Shown piece after piece: positions 59,547-64,000 of a stretch of DNA of 64,000 nt. The position numbers were made by a program, and so were the translations under genes. The notes beneath the pieces were generated by a model. The model did no database searches and was not told the DNA's origin. It saw only the letters and a list, made by a program, of their open reading frames with translations. Location: assembly GCF_009914755.1 (NCBI RefSeq), contig NC_060926.1. The stretch is one strand, 5' to 3'. This DNA comes from the human T2T-CHM13v2.0 reference genome, Homo sapiens. Every line of letters starts with the position of its first letter. The stretch's first letter is position 1.

Positions 59547-62144
59547 ATATGATTGCATAGTTCATTTGTAATTACTCTTTTACTCTTTCTCTTGGCAGTA
59601 TGTTTCAAAAGAAATATGTATGTTTTAAAACATAAAAAATAAAAAGTAATCAAAAAGAAAAGAAAACCAAAAGGGTTTCTTGCAAGACAGACCCTAGAGC
59701 AATTTGAAAACATCAAATAAAACCCCTCCAGCATGTTCTCCCCATGTGATGCCTTTGTACATACACTTCAGCCTGTGGGCACATTTCCCATGACACACAC
59801 CATGTTTCAGTGCCATGTTGATAGATATAAACACATATGGATTACTCATTTGCCATTCTGTCTATTGAGTTCCATACGGTTTTCTGTAAAATTAATTTTA
59901 TATAAAAATAAATTATTGGGAGCCAAATATCGTTTCTGACCATGAATAGAGAAATAGAATTATAACAATTTGAGTGTGTTTCTCTTTGGATGTGTCAGTG
60001 ACACACAATGTGCATGGCTATGCATAATAGTTAGATATTATACTCATATAGACATATAAATGCATCTGTGTATGTGTCTATACATATGCATCTATACACA
60101 TGTACATATAAATATATGTATATAGAGAAAAACAACATGTGTATACACACATCCTCTTTTTCTGTTATATATTTATTGGCTATTTTGCTATATCTCTCTC
60201 TGGTCTTCTTATTTGCCTTTTGCTCAGTTCCAGGTATGTGTCAATATTTATTTTTCTTTAGGAAACTTTGAAATAGGTATGACCTGTTGACATGTATGGA
60301 TTTATTATTACAATTATTTTACAGAAAACAGATTTTCTATTTTTTTAACATAGTTATGCTTTAAAAAATAAAATAAAATGACAGAGTAATGTTTTATAAA
60401 CAACTTTTCTCTAAGTCACAGAATTTAAGGACTTGAAGCAAGGATATAGACATAATTGTTAAATATACTTTCATGCCCAGCAAACAAGGGAGACATATAG
60501 TCATTATTTGCTTTCTATTAGAAAATCCATGGTCTTGTATCCAAGCATATGAAAACCATTTAAAAACTTTTACAGTGGTTCTAAGCAATGTGAGAGTTTA
60601 AGCTGTCAATTACCTTATTTACGGAGTAAAAGAATACAAACAAACATGAAGTAAGTCTAAACACTTGTGAAATGCTACTAAGATACCTTTCTTAAATTTT
60701 CATGTTTGGAGTAAAGATTCTAATTTTAGAATGCAACCCCCAAGCTTCCTGTGGTTACCGAGTCTGCAAACCAAGTCTATTCTGCAGGTGTCTCACATCT
60801 CCACTGTTTTGACAACAGTTGCTTCACTTCTTTTTAACACACTGACAGAGACCCAGCCGTGTTATAGCAATTGAGCTACTGAAAACACTATCAGCGATAG
60901 CCTACCCTTTCTTTAGAAGTTCAAGTTTTCAAGCAAACAGTAACTGGGTATTTTAATTATTTTTAAAACTCCCAGAAAATACCTAATAAATTAGATCTTA
61001 GCCAATTAAAATAAGTTATCAAAATATTCTTAATGCAAGTTCATCAAGTAGGAGGGGTAAAAAATATATTTGGTACTGTTTCTGCTTATTTAGAACTAAT
61101 TATGAAATATCTAGGCATTCAAATCCCATTTTATTGTGGAATGGAGATTTAAAAGGGAGCAATGATTAATGACTTTCAAATACAGTATAAAAGTAATCTC
61201 TGGGGAAACAAATTCTTAGCTGAATTGGTAGCTCTACTCAGCAGGGACATTTGAATAATTCCAGGGGAACTAAGAAATTAAGAAATGAACAATGAATAGG
61301 ATTTTCTTGGCACCACTAGGAAGTCTTGTGTTAAAGGCTTGGCACCACTGTTAAGCCTTGGCTTAAACGCAATATTTAAAATCAAGTAAATTGGTTGTGT
61401 TGCCCAGTTCACTTTCCTTTTTTCCCTCCCCAAAAGTCATCAAAAGTTTTTCCTTTCTTTGTTTTGCTATTATTTAGCCTTAGCAGGAAAACAAAATAAT
61501 TTATTTTTAAAAATGAATCTATCTTTAATGACACATAGCTAAGAATAAACACATTTTGTTACTATTATTATAGCACGTTGTTATCTCTATGCCAGAAAAT
61601 AAATACACACAGAACAATCAAACCCTAATAGAGGTCCCTAGATATGCACATAGAGTTGCATTTTTTAATTAAATGCTTGAACTTCAGTTCCCATGTGCTC
61701 AGAAAGCAAAACTACAGCACCGTTCTCTGCTGAATTGGAAGGGGTAATGTCATGTCCTCACTTGTTCTAAGCAGAAAACTTGAGGACTAAGAAAATGTGA
61801 CTCACATTTTGCCTTAGAACTTTTCCAAGAAGATAGGTAGTAGGTAGGTATTATCAAATAATGAAAGGAAAGAAAGAAAAAAAAACTAAGAAAATTATTC
61901 TTTCATAATTGAAAACTCAGTGCAAAAGGTATTAGGTGATTTATCTAAGGTATAAGTGGAATGAGAATACGAATCTTCTGGTTGCTAGTGAGCCTAGACT
62001 ACTAAAATCAACCATATCTGTCAATGAAGAACCAATAAAGAACACGTTTTACATAGATGTGGCAAGGATTAACCAATAAATTAATATTCTTAAATATTGT
62101 TACTCTATTGAGAACTGCATAAGAAAAGTGGACACAAGAAGGGA

Positions 62145-62330
62145 ACTAACATATATTGTGTTCTAAACACTATGCTAGGCAGTTTGCATACATTGTTTGC
62201 ATTTCATTCCCATTTTCAGATGAAAACTGAGGCACAGCACATAAGTGATTGTGACTGTCCTTTCTTTGTTGCAGTGCGAGTATTAAGTTTCAAATTGTCA
62301 GGTTTCAAAACTCAGGCTTTTTTCTACAAC
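62145..62330 (-). mobile_element. MIR
   Basis: CCCATTTTCAGATGAAAACTGAGGCACAG core. Confidence 0.75.
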
Positions 62331-64000
62331 TTCATGTTGCTAGGGCTAGACGAGAATATTTTGGAAATATTGTTTTTATAATCTAGAAATATGCCTTCTC
62401 ATCTAGAACACATAGGCTGGGTTTGAATTCAAATAATAAATCAAAATTCTCAGGCCAAATTTAAATTTCTGCGTTAAGAATCTTTCAAGCATTTTATCTC
62501 TGAGCTCCGTTTTTATCACTTTGCCCTTCCAAAACCATTTCTGACTTTATGCGTAAGTCTTAGAGTGTTTTTTGGATACAAGAGCTACTTAATTTTCTGA
62601 TTGTTTTACATTTTTTCATGGGTAAAGTTCTAATCAGACAACTATAAATGACAATAATCAGAGTAAAAAATTATATACATTTATGGATTGTCAACTGTTT
62701 GCCCTTTGTATCTCAATAATTTTATTATTTTTTCCAAAGGACATTCCCTATTTCACCAGCTAGTTGATTTAAATAGTCATTTGAAATTATAATTAGAAAT
62801 ATTTTAGAAAGAAAACCATTTGAGGGGGGAGTGTCCATCATTCTATGTTTATCTATACATGTGATATTTAGAAACACACTCATGGCTTAAAAGTTCCCAT
62901 TTCTGTTAATTTGATAATTATATATTACCATTGATTTCCTCTTTAAAAATACAAAATTTTGTAATTCCAAAGGAAAATGTTTCAAAGATGTCTTTGGCAT
63001 TGAATGTTTCTTACTAAGTCATATTTTAATGGATTAAAATGTAAATGAACTTTAAAGTTACACTAAATCTCTCCCTGATTTAAATTATATTAGACATTAA
63101 AATTAACATGAAAATGGCTCCATAAACACTATTGTTTTAAATATTTTTACATTATTTTATATTTAATAATGAACCAAAAGTAACAGAAGTCACTGTGCAT
63201 AGTAATAGTCTTAAATACATAAAACGATTGAATAGTTACTTAAATTATGCACTGGTGATCTTCAATAAAATCACAAAGGAGTTGATAACCTACATTGTGA
63301 CCCCTGATGTATTTATTTTGCACAAGTGATAGTTAGGTTCTCGTAATTTTTAAGAGGCGCTTGAGCCAAGACACTAATTCTTGATTCACCTCTTTTCCCT
63401 GAGCACCATAGGACTGCATTTGAAGCATGATACAATTTTAATTACAAAGATTTATCATTACGACATGCAATTTCTAAGTACGTGAAATGACAGTGTAATG
63501 CACAGATGTGAAGTTCAGCCACACATTCACTATGTGAACAATGGTATCAATGACACAGGCTGCTTCCTTCCATTCTATATTTCTACCCATGCTTTATAAA
63601 AGATATATCTATAGGTATGTTAAGTACTGCTTCATTATCTTCTCCATCCTTTCCTTGCAAAACATACTGCCCAGTACTCTTTGAACAAGACTATGAAATT
63701 CATATCAAATTTGATAATCTATTGTAGATATTTGATGACTTTAGATTACAATTCGGTTACACATGAATTATGGCATCTATATTGTTTATTTTCTTCCCAC
63801 TGATCAATGAAAATGTATACCTAAACATATATAGATTGGCATATGTTTTCTTTAAATCTTTTTGTTACCTTCCTCTTTCTAGTATCTTGAATCAAATTAT
63901 ATTTTTGGAATAATATAGTTGAAAAAGGACTCGACTAACAGTAGGACAAGAAAAACCCTCATCTTAAGTAAATTATTTATTCTCTCTGGGACTCAGTTTC

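Overview
AT-rich primate (human or great ape) genomic DNA, intronic or intergenic, with no recognisable host protein-coding exon, RNA gene or prokaryotic-type system. Main elements: (1) a full-length but inactivated L1PA2-like LINE-1 (18791-24828, +); (2) a full-length Hsmar2 mariner fossil (10756-12693) split by an LTR9/LTR9B-like solo LTR carrying an octamer; (3) about a dozen Alu/FLAM/FRAM copies, Tigger fossils, MaLR/ERV1 solo LTRs, old L1/L2/MIR fragments and microsatellites. The least explained structures are a perfect 35-bp fold-back hairpin at the 5' end of an old L1 fragment (40655-40734) and a ~98% identical ~160-bp direct duplication bracketing 1.4 kb of unique DNA (44269-46011). 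L1 orientation bias plus splice-like signals weakly suggest a minus-strand host transcript. I found no evidence of a novel multi-gene system. Repeat subfamily names come from recalled consensus sequences, not a database search, and boundaries of ancient repeats are approximate.
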